Assembly (NCBI GenBank): GCA_000934665.2
Contig: KZ538679.1
Location: 1-54,388 of the forward strand
Reading direction: 5' to 3'
Source of the DNA: Catajapyx aquilonaris
Lineage: Eukaryota
DNA: 54,388 bases
Shown: in pieces, positions 24,501-37,542 of the stretch
Numbering within the stretch: the first letter of the stretch is position 1
How the letters are laid out: every line of letters starts with the position of its first letter
Made by a program: the position numbers and the translations under genes
Notes under the pieces: generated by a model
Database searches by the model: none
The model's input: only the letters and a program-made list of their open reading frames with translations
Told to the model about the DNA's origin: nothing

Positions 24501-26565
24501 GAACCAGGAAGGAAACTTGCTCACCACAGCACAAACTGTTTCCATAATATGTTGAAACTTACCAATCCATTAAGACAGGTACACCACTTGACATGTCACG
24601 GCAGTTTTCAGGTGGTGCTGGAGTTGGGTTGTTGAATTTGCATAAAGCTGTAGGCCGGGTGGGTTTAGGGTCCTTGGGGAGGCTTCCAGGCGGGGGTGGA
24701 CTGGTGCAGCCTGAGGGCATAGGCTGGAATCATAGCCCCCACGAAAAGAGCGGGAAGAGACGTGTTGTGGAAGAGGGGAAAGTAGTCAGGGTGCTGGGGG
24801 TGGTGGTAGGGGTTCCAGCTAGAAGAAAAGCTGGTCGGCAGGGGGGATGGAACTAGCTGCCATAGGGTGGTGGGGTGGACGAGGGTTGTTGGGCTCAGCT
24901 GAGCATCTGGGCTGAATCCGAAGTTCTGGTCCGACAAGTCGTACACGGTAGCTGCTAACCCAGTGACGTACTAGACGCATCATCATACGATACAATGTTT
25001 CATAACATATAGCTATACGTACCAACCACCATATTGCGCAGTACACACCGGTACAGTAATATCAGAATCTTCATTTAAAAATTGAGTACATTTTGAATCC
25101 ATTTTGAACTTGCGGCATTGAACTCCCTGGTATCGTTGATTCAGACGCGGCCCAGCAGCTGAGAGTACGCCTGTGTTACAAGAAGTGGAGGATTGGTTGG
25201 GATTATGGCTGGTAGTAGGTTCCGGGGTGGAGGTGGACTGGGAGGTGGGGAGACACGTAACGTTTCTGGGTCGCCTGGGGGGCTGAGTCCAGATTTAGCA
25301 CGCACTTGTCCCTCCAGATCAGTTCCCCGGGCAGAGGCAGCAACCAGAGAAGAGGAGGTTGGAGTGGGGGCGAGTGGGTGGGTGAGGACAACACCCCCTG
25401 GCCCCCTTGCACACCCATCCTATCCTCCTAGGTCTCAGGTGGCTGCCTTACGGGTTGTTGCTTTTTTCCCTCCTCTTTTTTGCCCTTTCTTCTTTTTTGA
25501 CCACGATGGTAGTAAGGGGGAACCCAAACAGTGTGGTACTGGGGGGGAAGAGAGAGGGGAGCAGGAGGGGTTGCCCAACTTCAAGGCCAGTTGGAGGTGG
25601 TGACCTCGGGTGGGGCAGGGAGGGTTGTTTGGGTCCATCATCATCATCCCTCTCTGGAAGTCATCTCCACTCCGATTGGTCACCACCTCTGGAAGCAACT
25701 CACCTGCAGAATTAAATTAATCCGAGCTATGCCCAGGCCAGAACCCGATCTGACTCTTGCTTCATTATCCGCGCAATGTATCATTATGCCGATTACATGT
25801 TACACATCTCTTCAACCTGAGCGTCATCCAGTTTTCTGGACACGGTCGGCCATGAACTCCCGGAGCTGAGGGACATTGTATTTTGACAGAGACCAGACCT
25901 ATTGACACAATGTCAAACGCAGAAAGATAAACAGGCTGGAGGCCAGAATTACCAACAGAAAAGGAGGTTAGAAGTACAGGGTACACACTCACATGAGAGA
26001 GAAGCTGGGTAATGAGTAGACTCAATATTGCAAGCGTTGTAATTAGAAAGAGGGCCAAAAAGGCGACCTGAATTAATGATGGAGGGAGGCCCAAACGCCC
26101 CAGGGATCTTCCTTCACTTGTCAACCTTCAGCAGCGCCAATTACTTGCCGTTGCCTGAATGCGTGTGTTTGTTCGCAGGTTGTGAACACACCTTCTGGCT
26201 AACCTTTCTGCATGGCTCAAGCCCTTTGGGATCCCATCACTTTTATACTTTCCCACCGCTTCTCTCTAATAAGCCGTCACCCGGGGAAGGGTGGGGGCGG
26301 AGGTTCAACTTCCAGACTTTTTCTTTTCACTCTCTTTTGACATACGGGACTGTTCACGAAAGCTAATGCAAATATTGGGACAAGAGCTTGCCGATGTGAT
26401 CGCTGACTTATATTCGGTGCCTAATTTGCCCCCCAACCTGCCCTAGGTTCAAGAACCCGAAACCATTTCATCCACCTGTGCATGTCACCCAGAGAGTGTT
26501 CATGAACAACTAAACAGCAGGGTGTTAAAAATGAACCAAACAGCAAGGTGATAAGAATTAACCAA

Positions 26566-27577
26566 ACATTAATCGAGGCATACTGCTAGCGACAATTTCC
26601 GTTACGGCAGACGTGCAAATCGTAGTGATAGAATGCGAACCGTGCGAGTAAGAAATGGTAGACCTTGGGTGACGTCACTGGCTGGGGACTAGCCTTTTCT
26701 CCATTGCTCCCCAGCTGGTGACGTCACTCAAGGCTTACCTCTTCTTATACTCGCACGGCTCACACACTCTAGGGCTATTCAACTGGCGGACCGCGACGCA
26801 ATTTTGTCCGGACCGCGACGATATACAGGACAGTTTGAAATAGCATTAGAAGTTACTAATTCATGATTTTTGGGGGGGAAAAGTGCTTCAAATCTCTTTG
26901 AACCCCCACAAAAAATATCGCCTGCGGCGGGCTGGCTCCCTTCCCTTTACGGCTTGTTCCCCTTGTGCTTATGAAATCGGCGCCCCTCCGAAAAAATTTC
27001 TGTACAGGACTTCATAAAGGGCGAAAATGTCTTAATAGGCCCTTCTACCCTTGCTGCACATATGTTTCTATTTTCAAAAATGAACCCTGTGGTACCATAT
27101 AAAATCCATATCCCGGGGGGGGGGGGGGTGTCCGGACTTTCAATGGCCCAGGAAAGGTAAATACCTTGTCATAAACTAGTTGAATACCCCTGGTCTATAC
27201 AGCAGAAATAAATATTCTATACTTTCACAATCAATGCCGCAGACGCGCCGAATCTTCCGAGGCTATAAGTAGGCAGTAAACTCCCGTGATCGTCATTGAT
27301 CTTAAATTAATCTGAACAAATTTTAAAATTTAAAAAAATATAATTATAAAATATCATATTAACCAAACTAATCACTGATTAGTGTGTCTGTGTCATGGAC
27401 ATACAAATCAGTGATCAGTTTGATTAGTTTGGTTAATATGATATTTAAAAAGGATTTAATTTCCTCTATTATGATCAATGCCGATCACCCCTGTTTACTT
27501 CTTGCTTGTGGACTCGCAAGATTCTACGCGTCTACGGTAGTATAACAATGTCGTAAGCAGTATGACGCGATTAATGT
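26566..27577. mobile_element. Composite of nested palindromic MITE-like elements
   Basis: Outer ~45-bp imperfect inverted repeats (ACATTAATCG..CATACTGCT..CGACA / TGTCG..AGCAGTATG..CGATTAATGT); inner fold-back 26630-26771; hAT-like ends TAGGGCTATTCAAC (26770) / GTTGAATACCCCTG (27192), TSD not confirmed; 27193-27535 is a diverged reverse-complement copy of 37842-38246. Confidence 0.75.
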
Positions 27578-30500
27578 CCAACACTGTACACCCTATATTC
27601 GTGGTTGCATAGGTTCAAGGATGACTGCAATGCATTTTAATTATCGCATTATCAGCATTCTTATCTCATATTTCACACGATTAAGTGCGCAATTACTAAC
27701 CCATTTTTGTATAACAAGCCACAACAAAGAAAGAGATCCACCCCTTTTATTAAGCGCGTTTTTACCTAAACATTTTTATAAAAATCCATTTTGAAAGGGG
27801 GGGAGGCAGGACAGTTTTCCGGCTCTTTGGTTCTTTCCTCTCTTCGTGCTCATATCTGCCGATCTATCACAGATTGTCATCTTTCCGGACCTGTTGACAT
27901 TCGACACTGGCGCTTTTAATATCCGGGCCGAAGGCGGGCGCACGTTTTCACGTCCATCGCTTCTCGCCCTTAATTAATCAGCGCATTAAAAAGAGATAAA
28001 AGTCGAGGGAGAAGAAAAGCCTTGTGTACTGTACGGCAACGATTCATCGACGCCCTTGGCTTCCCGCACACGACACGATCATGTTTCTCATGACTTCATG
28101 TGACAAAGATTATATTATCGCGCTCTAAGTACATAATTATCTCTCAAGCTTTTATCCGGAACTTTTATAGCTTTATCAGGTGTGAGAGGCGTTGTCTGAA
28201 ATAAACTAGGTGGGTTAGGCATTGTCAACAACTATTCCAAAATCATAACTGCAAAAATTAGATTTACAGTGATACAGGATGAACAAAAATAAATCTTCTA
28301 GACTGATTCTTGAGTCTGATAGTAACTGTTGTCCACAACCCTGTCCCTCTCCCGACCGTCAGTAACTTCAAGAGGAAATTCGATATACTGAATGCCCAGC
28401 TATTTTGGCCCCAGTTTGCAGTAATGTAATGCGTTTCCACCACATTCGGGGCCCGAAATTGCACGATTATATCACGTTGGTGCTATAGGTGCAACGTAAT
28501 CTAGTCAGTCCACAAACGTCGTAAAATAAACACGACCAAAAGTGAATTATTAAGTTTCACCATTCCACGCCAGACAGGTTTTGGGTACAATACAGTATAC
28601 TGCACATATTCATTGCCCCCAACCTGTCTGGCATACACCCCGTTGAACAACTAAAGCGAACATATTGACATTAATATCATGATGAAATCATCTGTTCAAG
28701 GGCACTCACTCACTCTCGACGAAGCGTCAGATTAGTTTATCCCATTACTAAAAGCATTGCAGTACAGTATATTTGCAGTGCACATTACCACACACGGCCC
28801 ATAATCAACTCCATATGCGTATCATTGTTTTTGTCTATTGTAAAAAAATTATTGTGCAATACCTGAATTCAAAATTTCACACACATGTATTTTATGTATG
28901 CTGCAGGAGTGGATACACATACGACTCCGCGTATTTGATTGAACTTATCTGGGGCTTATGTAGTAAGCTTATAACCCCATTATCTATTACATCATTACGA
29001 GAGGGGGAATCTAGTCTGATTATAACTTATGACAGGGAGGAGTGGTAGTTTCTTGATGTCGCCTATTTTTACGATTACCTGCATTAAACTTTTCGCAAAT
29101 GTACGGTACAAAAAGTATGACCATTATGGCGTTTGGTGAATCCTTGTGTGATAACAGTGATAATAATTTTAAATGCGCATTCAAATATGTTGTTATCGCA
29201 ATTGCCTTCAGTCACATGGCCACTACATGTAACAATCTACATAAATCATACTTTGCAACACTTTCTCACCGGCCAAACTCCACCCTCGCAAAACCCCTTG
29301 ATAATAGCTACATCTTCATCTCCCTCAGCTTGATTTGCAAATGGAAATGAATCCCCCTCCATGATGATGACATCATGGACTAGTGCTTTCGCCCTACCAC
29401 AATGATCTTTTATCAGGGATTTAAATCCTGAATGCGGAGAAGAGAATCGATCCCCATATTGTGCACGCTGGTTTCATATTTTTTTTGGAACCACATGCAT
29501 GGTCTAATATAGGTCCACATAGAGGGCAGCACGTCCCCTCGTATTTCTCCCCTATGCAGCTAGGGCGACCCCTTTTGACCCCTGGAAACAATCACCGTGT
29601 TCACGTTGTGGAAGCAATCAAAAGGACTGCTCGCATATAAGCAGCATGGGAGGGGAAAAAGTTGGAGAGAGACTAGGGGGGGTAGGTGGGTAGGTAGAGT
29701 GAGGGGAGGTCGGCTAACAATGGACCACTTGGCGGGGATTATGAGGCTGTTATGAAATTTGGGACCGAATTTCCCTCTGATTGATTCCCTTCGGGATTTG
29801 TCCCCACTGCACTGACTGGATGTCGTCTTCGGCGCCTCCAGGCTTGAAAACCCCCATACTCTAATCACCGACTACTGGCCCTTCCCCCCTACTGCCATTC
29901 AATTACTATGTTAATATTTGATCATGAACTCTGCCACTTTTTACCTTTTACTATATACACCGGAGGTAAAAATGAGTTTGCATACACTGCTGAGAAGATA
30001 ATTCTGGGGTTTCCCTCAAAACGATCTTCTGAGAGATTTCTGGCCTCTTCTGTACAAATTAAATGGGCTCGCCTGGGGAGCCTTCATTAATACCCAGGCC
30101 GCCGTTAATTTTGATGAGCACCCTCCACCCTCTCTTCTTCTTCTTGGCTATCCTTTGTGCCACACTAAAAGTGCGGACTGTCATTTAGTGTCTTCCTCTG
30201 GGTGTTTGTACCTCGTCATCTCCAACTTTATTTGCATTTTACACCGTGAATAATTCTGTTTACGGCCAGACTTGGCGCCTGGGGGAAAAGCATGTGCCTG
30301 CACTTACTCCACATCACTGTTTTAGTCTATAGACCCCCATCTCTAAGGAGCTGCTGGCCATCACTCAGTAGAGAGTCGCACAGACAATAGATTAGGAGCT
30401 CATAATTGAATTAACGGCACGCGGATCTAAATGACTTGTCCCTTTCAGAGCCTCCCGCTCATTTACTTTTATCTGTAATGGAAAGCGAGTGATTTATTGA

Positions 30501-32250
30501 TGTCGTATAGAGGGGGACACCAGCGTCGTCTATAGGCTACTTTCTCCGATAGTTTATTTCATTTGAACCTGCTGTCACTTCACATCAGAGGACGTGCCTT
30601 CACACATGTTGACGTTATGGCGTCTATACATAGCGGGGGGTGATGGAGAAATCTACTGTCCAAAAAGCATGTTTCGTGATGACAGACAGAAAATCCTGGC
30701 TTGCTGCCTCATTATGAATATTTAGGATTGGACTTGACCAAGCGCCAAATATTGGACAGTAGATTTTCATTTGTATGCCGATGATATATGCTGTGGCGTC
30801 ACTTTTATGCAGCTGCTTGGAAGAAGGTCCTATCATAGTGTGTGCTATAATGTGAGTCCGGGTTGAGTCCGGGTTCCCGGATGATGACCGTTGGGAGTCC
30901 ATTTTCGCTGTGCCGCCCGATTGCTTTAAACGCGATAAGGCACAGTAGGAAGCCAGTATTATGGCGTCTGTCCACCAGCCTTTTCCCTTTCCATTTCCAG
31001 CAACTCGACCGGACAACAACTCTATAACCTCTCTTCATCTCGCGGCTATAAATCACATCTGCTGGCTCGAGGGAGTAGTTCCGCAGGGTCCTTTTCACCT
31101 TTATGTACCACCGAGGGACAATGAGCCAGTAATTTTGATCATATCTATATGAAAGTACATGCTTCGGAATAAGTTGATTTTTATTAGGTCATATACGATA
31201 CATCGTAATGTAGTACTCTACGAACGATAGTAAAATTCAAAAGTTGCATTTCCTATTGTGTACATCTGGTCTTAAAACTCCAGAACTAACAATTTGTTGT
31301 GGTTATTTTAAATTCATTTATTTATTTGTAACCTTATAAACTATCGCTAATTTTTCATAAGCTATACCTGTAATATTTCCTGTTATTTAATATTATTTTG
31401 TGAATGCCTGCCTGTCTGTTCTCAATGCAAATCAACATGGAGCACTAGAAATGTCCAAGGGTTAACAGAGAAGGTCAACCTCCGAGGTTATCTGAGGTCG
31501 CAGGAGCACCGAATGAGGCCAGAATTTGTGAACAATGGTCGCAGAGCCTCAAAGCTAGTGGAGATATTAATTTTGTAAAGTTCAAAAGTGTTTGTTGACC
31601 CCGAAAATGGGGGTACGGGTGACATCATATTTGGCCTCAGAGATCATCTGAGGTCACAACCAAGTGGTCACCAACAAACTGTAAGTGCTTTATTTCATGG
31701 GCAACGCCTGGTATCCTTCTAGTGTTATGATATGACAAAACAGAAGGTGGAAAGACGATGAAATTTTATTGGCGCGCCTGGAAATAATGGCCCGCGCTCT
31801 AACTTGACTGCATTTGTTCATTGGTCAAGAACCTAGACCGCTGATGCAAATTTAGAACACATAGTCCTTTTTCAGAACTACCGTATGTAAGTAAATATTG
31901 CAATAAAGAAAATGTTTCAAAAACAATATACCGTATAATCATACATGACATCTAATCTTGTTAGGACTTTAATACTGCTAAGCAGATTTGAATTCACAAA
32001 TATTTTCAGCTACAGTCCTGCTCGAGAGCATCCTTCAAATGATCCAGGAGTGCCCTTGAAATCATACCACCTGAAGCATCTGATATTGCCGCAATCACAA
32101 ATATATGTTATCAATCGAAGACAAGGGTGGACTACTTCTGTGTCATTCGTGAATATATTGCGGCATTCAGCAGCCCAATGTCAGGTAGTTGATGAAACAC
32201 GCTCAGTCTCTTTCCGGTCCTAATCAATTCCATTTACTGTATTTCCATAG

Positions 32251-32408
32251 AATCTGAGGATCCTTGATCTTGATCAACTTAGCGTGAGGGACAATTGCCT
32301 CGCATCCGTGCTTCCAGCGTTCCCGCATTTGGAGAAGTGCCTTACAAACGCTTTGAACATCACTGATGACCTCCTAACCGCAGTTGGGGATAACCTGCAT
32401 GATATCAG
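32251..32408 (+). pseudogene. Best-preserved LRR exon of the pseudogene
   Basis: Acceptor TTTCCATAG| and donor AG|GTATAG; uninterrupted 52 codons with two LRR-type units (NLRILDL, PHLEKCL..ITDDLL); preceded by a 66-bp intron 32185-32250. Confidence 0.75.
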
Positions 32409-32506
32409 GTATAGAAAAAACATTGGGCAGTCCAAAATAATTCCAGTGTATATAGGATAAGGTCCAACTATATATGGCAACTCCGCATGAAATCATTATG
32501 GACTTA

Positions 32507-32700
32507 GGGCTGCAAAATGAACGCCCGCCTGGAAAGTTGCAGCCGCCAAAGTGTTTACGTTACCTTGGTTACCTGCGGTTTGCGGGAGGGAGCGAAAACG
32601 AACACCCTTGCAGGCTGCAAGTCGGCCTGCAGATTGCAGACTTGCAGCTACAAGTTGCAGGCAGGTTGAGGGGTCCCGCAAGTGACTTGCAGTCGGTTTT
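32507..32700 (+). mobile_element. PIF/Harbinger-like MITE end (copy 1)
   Basis: TTA|GGGCTGCAAAATGAACGCCCGCCTG terminus; homologous to the inverted copy ending at 34819. Confidence 0.6.
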
Positions 32701-32981
32701 GTAGTGGGGAAATCTTCACTTGGACACTATACTGATCACTTTTGGTCCGGGTACATTTTCGGCGGGAGAGTTCTGAGCGACCACGGAAGTGTCTTCGAAC
32801 GCCCTACGCAGTTTGTTCGTCGGGGGGTACCTCTATTACGACGGTATACCTTTGGTGATATGAAAAGTGACCCACGAACTTGCAACACCCTGTATAACTA
32901 ATGTAATGTAATAGTATGGCTGATATAACCAATATAGCTAGTATGATTGCTATATTGGTTATAGCCAGTATGATGGATACA

Positions 32982-33196
32982 CAGGGTGTTCGAAATTCGT
33001 GGCTCGTTTTTATAACTGATATCGCCAGATACTAGTTATTATTTGTAGCTTGTGTGCCCCTAACCAGGTGCCCCATTCTATAGCAACTGCTATACTCGAC
33101 CCCCTGGGAGTAAAATGTAGCACAACAAGCCACAAAAATAACTACTATCGGGCGATATCAGTTATAAAAACTGACCCACGAATTACGAACACCCTG
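32982..33196. mobile_element. Tc1/mariner-type fold-back MITE (family B)
   Basis: CAGGGTGTTCG..ATTCGTGG.TC.TTTTTATAACTGATATCGCC ... GGCGATATCAGTTATAAAAACTGACCCACGAATTACGAACACCCTG|TA. Confidence 0.85.
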
Positions 33197-33240
33197 TATA
33201 TAAACCAAGAAACTAGTATGACAATATAACTGAGTTATAT

Positions 33241-33579
33241 TTTTTTATATTTTTTTTTTATTGATACCCCGTGCTCGAGCCTGAGGCTCGTTTAGGGGGG
33301 TGGGCTACCACCATCTGTGGTGAAACTAGTATACTGAAAGTATTTTAGTGTGTTTCACGGGTCGTTAGGAGGGGATGTGCAAAGTGCATGTGCGCTGTCG
33401 TTAATTGGTCATTTTGTGAACTCCCCCGGGTGGCTTAGTCTATCGGAAATTGCCACCCGAAACGAAGCCAGAGATGGCCCAACTCTGCACGAAAGAAGGT
33501 GGGAACCCCGGGTGGGGATCGAACCCGGGACCTTAACTTCCGTGGGCGCGCGCGTTACCGCGGCGCCACTCCGTCTCCC
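33241..33579 (-). mobile_element. Full-length tRNA-derived SINE family 2 with 16-bp TSD
   Basis: 5' GGGAGACGGAGTGGCGCCGCGG (A box) ... GGGTTCGATCCCC (B box); A-rich tail; TSD TATAACTGAGTTATAT at 33225-33240 and 33580-33595. Confidence 0.9.
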
Positions 33580-33860
33580 TATAACTGAGTTATATAACTG
33601 AGTTATATTGGTTATATGGTTATTATTATGGTAGTTATATGTTACGCACATTGGTTATAACTTATTGTATGATGTAACCAATGTAACCAGTATGTCTGGT
33701 ATAACCATTATAACAACAGTAGTATGACCAACTATGACAGTCATATTAGTTATAACTAATATAACTGATGTAACTATGGTAGTATGATAGCAATATATTG
33801 GTTATAACTATAGTATGTGTGATGTAACCAATATAACTACTATGGAATAACTGATATCAC
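33580..33860. repeat. Degenerate AT-rich tandem repeat (TATAAC/GTTATA/AGTATG units), also at 32895-32975
   Basis: Recurring TATAAC(C/T)AATATAAC and TAGTATG motifs in both orientations. Confidence 0.7.
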
Positions 33861-34669
33861 AATGCAGTTTCGCACCAAATGTCAAGCAAGAAAATCTGGA
33901 GCTTGTTCCTATCTGTTATTATAGCTACCTCTAAATATACCGTCTGCCAAAATAGCCGCGTTAAAACTCGCGGCCCGGGTCTGAATAATCCCATATTGTT
34001 ATAACTTGGTGAGACCAAATTTTATCAAAATATTGTGCTTTATCTTTGACTGGACGACTGACAATGGATGACGATGAAAAATTGTGACCATGTACAGTAC
34101 ATTATTGGGCTGCCATTGGATGGCGGGCGGCTCTGGATCGGTGGTGGTGGTGGTGGTGTTACACTGAACACCTATCCCTATAATGCTTACATCAAGTCAA
34201 GGTGGGGTGGAGGGCCCATATTCAAAGCTGAAAGATCTGTATATGAAGAATGCTGCAGAGATTATTAATTTCTGTGCTGCAGGTTCAGATAGCCACATTT
34301 AGAGCTTCTCTCTCACTCCAGCATGTTCCCCGAGACGATGGACCTGCACCGAACAGGCGTTAGTTATGGTTTAAAGTCTACCGCAAAAAATAATGATAAT
34401 TATCCGAGCACAATAAACCGCAATTGTAGGCATAAAACTACCCGCGTCCATGCAGCCCGCCGTATAAGCGGCAGGCAGGAGAGGTGAACATCTGTTGACA
34501 GCAGTGCCGCCTGGCGGTGCGGCGTTCGATTTTTTGGGAGGCTGAGCTTTTCCGTTGGAGGGACACCCGATCGGCATACTAGTTTATTCTAGGTACTATA
34601 ACAATGGGTACAACGTAGGTACAACAATCGTGACGTCATGATATGGCTTCCCTCCCGTCGATTTCCGTA

Positions 34670-34819
34670 TTTCCAAACCTGCCAACTTGCAGGCCGACCG
34701 CAACATTTGCAGCCGCACGAAAACGGTGTTCTTTTTAGCTCGCGCCGTAACCATGGCGACGGAACGCAGGTAACTTGTTTACTGCAAGTACTTGCAGGCG
34801 GGCGTTCATTTTACAGCCC
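34670..34819 (-). mobile_element. PIF/Harbinger-like MITE end (copy 2)
   Basis: CAGGCGGGCGTTCATTTTACAGCCC|TTA, the reverse complement of the terminus at 32507. Confidence 0.6.
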
Positions 34820-35512
34820 TTAATATTTTTGGCTGAACTATAACCTTCAGGCTACGAATATTCATGCACTATTTCAGCTTTTGCAGATCCTTGAACCTAC
34901 GTGGATCTAAGAAGACATCTCCTGACTTAGAGAAGGTGTCACTGGAAATATATGAGTGTCCTGACCATGGGTCCTGACTGACGACATGTTGAAAAGAATA
35001 TTTCCAGGCGAATCGCAGAGCCAAGCTGGAAGTACGAGTATGTGGAAATCAGGGGCTGCCATAACTTATCGCTTCCTCCTATCATCCGGCTCATGTCTCG
35101 GACAGTCCATAACATCAGCTTTGTGTGGGGCAACTGTCATCTCATCGGCCATCCGCAACTTCACGAGGTGGTCGCAATGATTAGAGAGGCACACCCTTGG
35201 AGGTTGAGACACTCAGAAGGCAGTGATTGACATGATTTTACAACACTCGCCTGCATTTGAAAACCAGGCAGAAATTTATTGTGTATTATGCAATCAACGG
35301 CACGAAGACCTACGAAGATCATCCCAATGAACGTTGACTTCACAGCGACAGTGAAGGGCGTTGATTGGTGGATTACAAGCGCCCAAATAATAGACGAACG
35401 ATGTCGTGTGTTCACACGGACGGTTACTTGTGTGATGTGCTGGTTGGAAACCAACAATTTACACAAGCTTTGCTGTGTAGCTGGTGACAATAATCAGTGG
35501 ATTTGAACTATA

Positions 35513-36083
35513 CAGGGTGTTTACGACCTAACTTTACAAACTTCTAGTGGTGATAGAGGGGACCAAGACAAACATTTTTGACATAGGAACCCGTGTCCGG
35601 AAACGCCATCTAGAGGGGGTTCATAGACAAGGAACGGGTGCGCTCAGACGCGTCACGCGAGAGGCGCTAGTCGAGCGGACTTTTTGTTGATAGATGGCGC
35701 TCGGATAGTAACCAACGATGCGATGTGCCATAACGTGGCAACAGCAGAGCCATCTAGCAACTAAAGTCCGCCTCCTAGGAGACGTGCGGATAGTCAACAG
35801 CGGTTCCAGGCGGTTCTGTTGTTGCCAGGTTATGGCGTATCGCGTTGTTGTTTACTTACAACGACGCGATACGCCATAACCTGGCAACAACTGCGCGCCA
35901 TCTATCAACAAAACAGTCCGCTCGACTTGCGCCTCTCGCGTGACGCGCCTGAGCGCACCCGTTCCTCGTCTATGAACCCCCTCTAGATGGCGTTTCCGGA
36001 CACGATTTCCTATGTCAAAAATGTTTGTCTTGGTCCCCTCTATTACCCTTGGAAGTTTGTAAAGTTAGGTCGTAAACACCCTG
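35513..36083. mobile_element. Young Tc1/mariner-type fold-back MITE (family A), TA TSD
   Basis: TA|CAGGGTGTTTACGACCTAACTTTACAAACTTC ... GAAGTTTGTAAAGTTAGGTCGTAAACACCCTG|TA; about 190-bp near-perfect inverted arms plus an internal palindrome at 35818-35891. Confidence 0.92.
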
Positions 36084-37542
36084 TATATAGGCCTACACAG
36101 GCCCAAGAAAAGCAATGACGTCCATACCCTGTGTACATGACAAAGCAATTTAAAATTCGCAAATTCTATCCTGAGCTATTAAAAAGCCTATACTACAAAT
36201 AGTTTGTCACTTGTTATATTATTTATTATTTGCGCATGTTCAAACAACTGGTTGATCGCATGAGTCTTCTATGATCTACTAGTTGCTTATTATTAATTTA
36301 ATGGCCTTTAAGTCATTTGAGTCAATTAGTCGCAATCCCACCAGATCGGAATCCTCCAAAGATGATGGGGTAGAGTCCCACATAGCTGGGTTTATACTAC
36401 AAGTATATTGTTACAAACGTAATTAGGGCACAGTAACATTACTGTCCCTTAACAGGACCATAAGTCATCTACATTTCAGGATATTTAAATATTTTTCAGA
36501 CCTGATGTTCCAAATTGGACCATACAAGACCTAAAAACCAAACCAATTATGAAAGCAGGTGTCGCTACTTGTCACTTCTTCCCCCCCTCCTTCCTTCCTC
36601 CCTTCCCCCTAGCTTTCTCCCAGTTTCTCATTGCGCCACAGCTTTAATCGGGATTATGCAAATGAGAAAGGCTTTTTCCCTTTACACCCTCACTAAAGAT
36701 CCCGGAGGCTGCTGGACCTCCTCCCATTTGATGCCTAATGACTACTGCTACTACACCATAAGAACCCTCTCCCTCCCACCCCCTACACAGAAAAGTCCAT
36801 CTGTTTTACGGCCAGCTCGCACTACCCGAATCAAACCTGTTTTATGGTGTTAAGTAGCGCCCCCTTTTCCACCCCATACCCACCCCCTCCGCTTCTGGCA
36901 ATCAGAAGGGTTATTATGATGGCAGCGGGTTCGATCCCCGGGCTATAACCGCCGAGGGGAACCGCTCTAATGAATGGCAATAAGGACCTACAGTACGAGG
37001 CACACACAACTATGCTTTTCAAGGCATGACATCTTCCCAAACTCGAATACCCCTGAACTTAACCTCCCTAATAATATAGTTCAGGCGTGTCAAGTGGGGG
37101 AAAACATAATATTGGATATGTTGCGATTGTTGTACATGAAGGTGAGGGTTGGTGACACTTTATAGACCCCCACGCACTCAGGCTGTAACGTGTCGTAAAA
37201 TGATTAAACGTGGACTTTTTAGCCCTTCTAATTAACTCAACTGCCCGATAACTACAAGAGTAATATGTTATGGCTCAAATATGGCCTTCGGACAATTGAC
37301 ATGCACATTTTGGTGCATGTATAACCAGGATGATACTTAACCACTGGGGATAATAGCATGTTACAAAATGAGTTGACTGCCTGTAGTGTCCACCATATAA
37401 GCTGATGACGTGTACTTTTAGGTATATCGCCAGTCACATTCAATTTCTGTTCGTTGCTCTGACTGTGAGTGATGGTCCGATCTGCTCATAGACATGTAGT
37501 CAACTTTGGTCAGTTAAAAAGTGGTAAGTGATTCGGACATTG

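Larger units (their letters stand above)
31787..35230 (+). pseudogene. Multi-exon leucine-rich-repeat pseudogene with BC-box-like N-terminus (putative Cullin substrate-receptor-like family)
   Basis: Colinear exon remnants: MARALT*..LVKNLDR*CKFRTHSPFSEL (31787-31882); (P)TVLLESILQMIQECP*/..HLKHLILP..LRHSAAQCQ (32010-32184); NLRILDLDQLSVRDNCLASVLPAFPHLEKCLTNALNITDDLLTAVGDNLHDIR (32251-32408); LRSLFVGG/TSITT (~32800-32845); SKLKDLYMKNAAEI../*PHLELLS (~34215-34320); SPDLEKVSLEIYECP/VLTDDMLKRIF/YVEIRGCHNLSLPPIIRLM..WGNCHLIG (34887-35230). Multiple stops, frameshifts and TE insertions. Confidence 0.7.

Noticed and set aside
33490..33579. tRNA genes here and at 14.3, 43.6 and 47.2 kb
   Set aside because: A and B boxes are present, but no complete cloverleaf; most continue into SINE bodies with tails and TSDs.
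32507..34819. Single 2.3-kb Harbinger element (inverted termini, TTA on both sides)
   Set aside because: LRR exon remnants run colinearly outside and inside the interval, so two independent opposite-orientation insertions are more parsimonious; not fully excluded.
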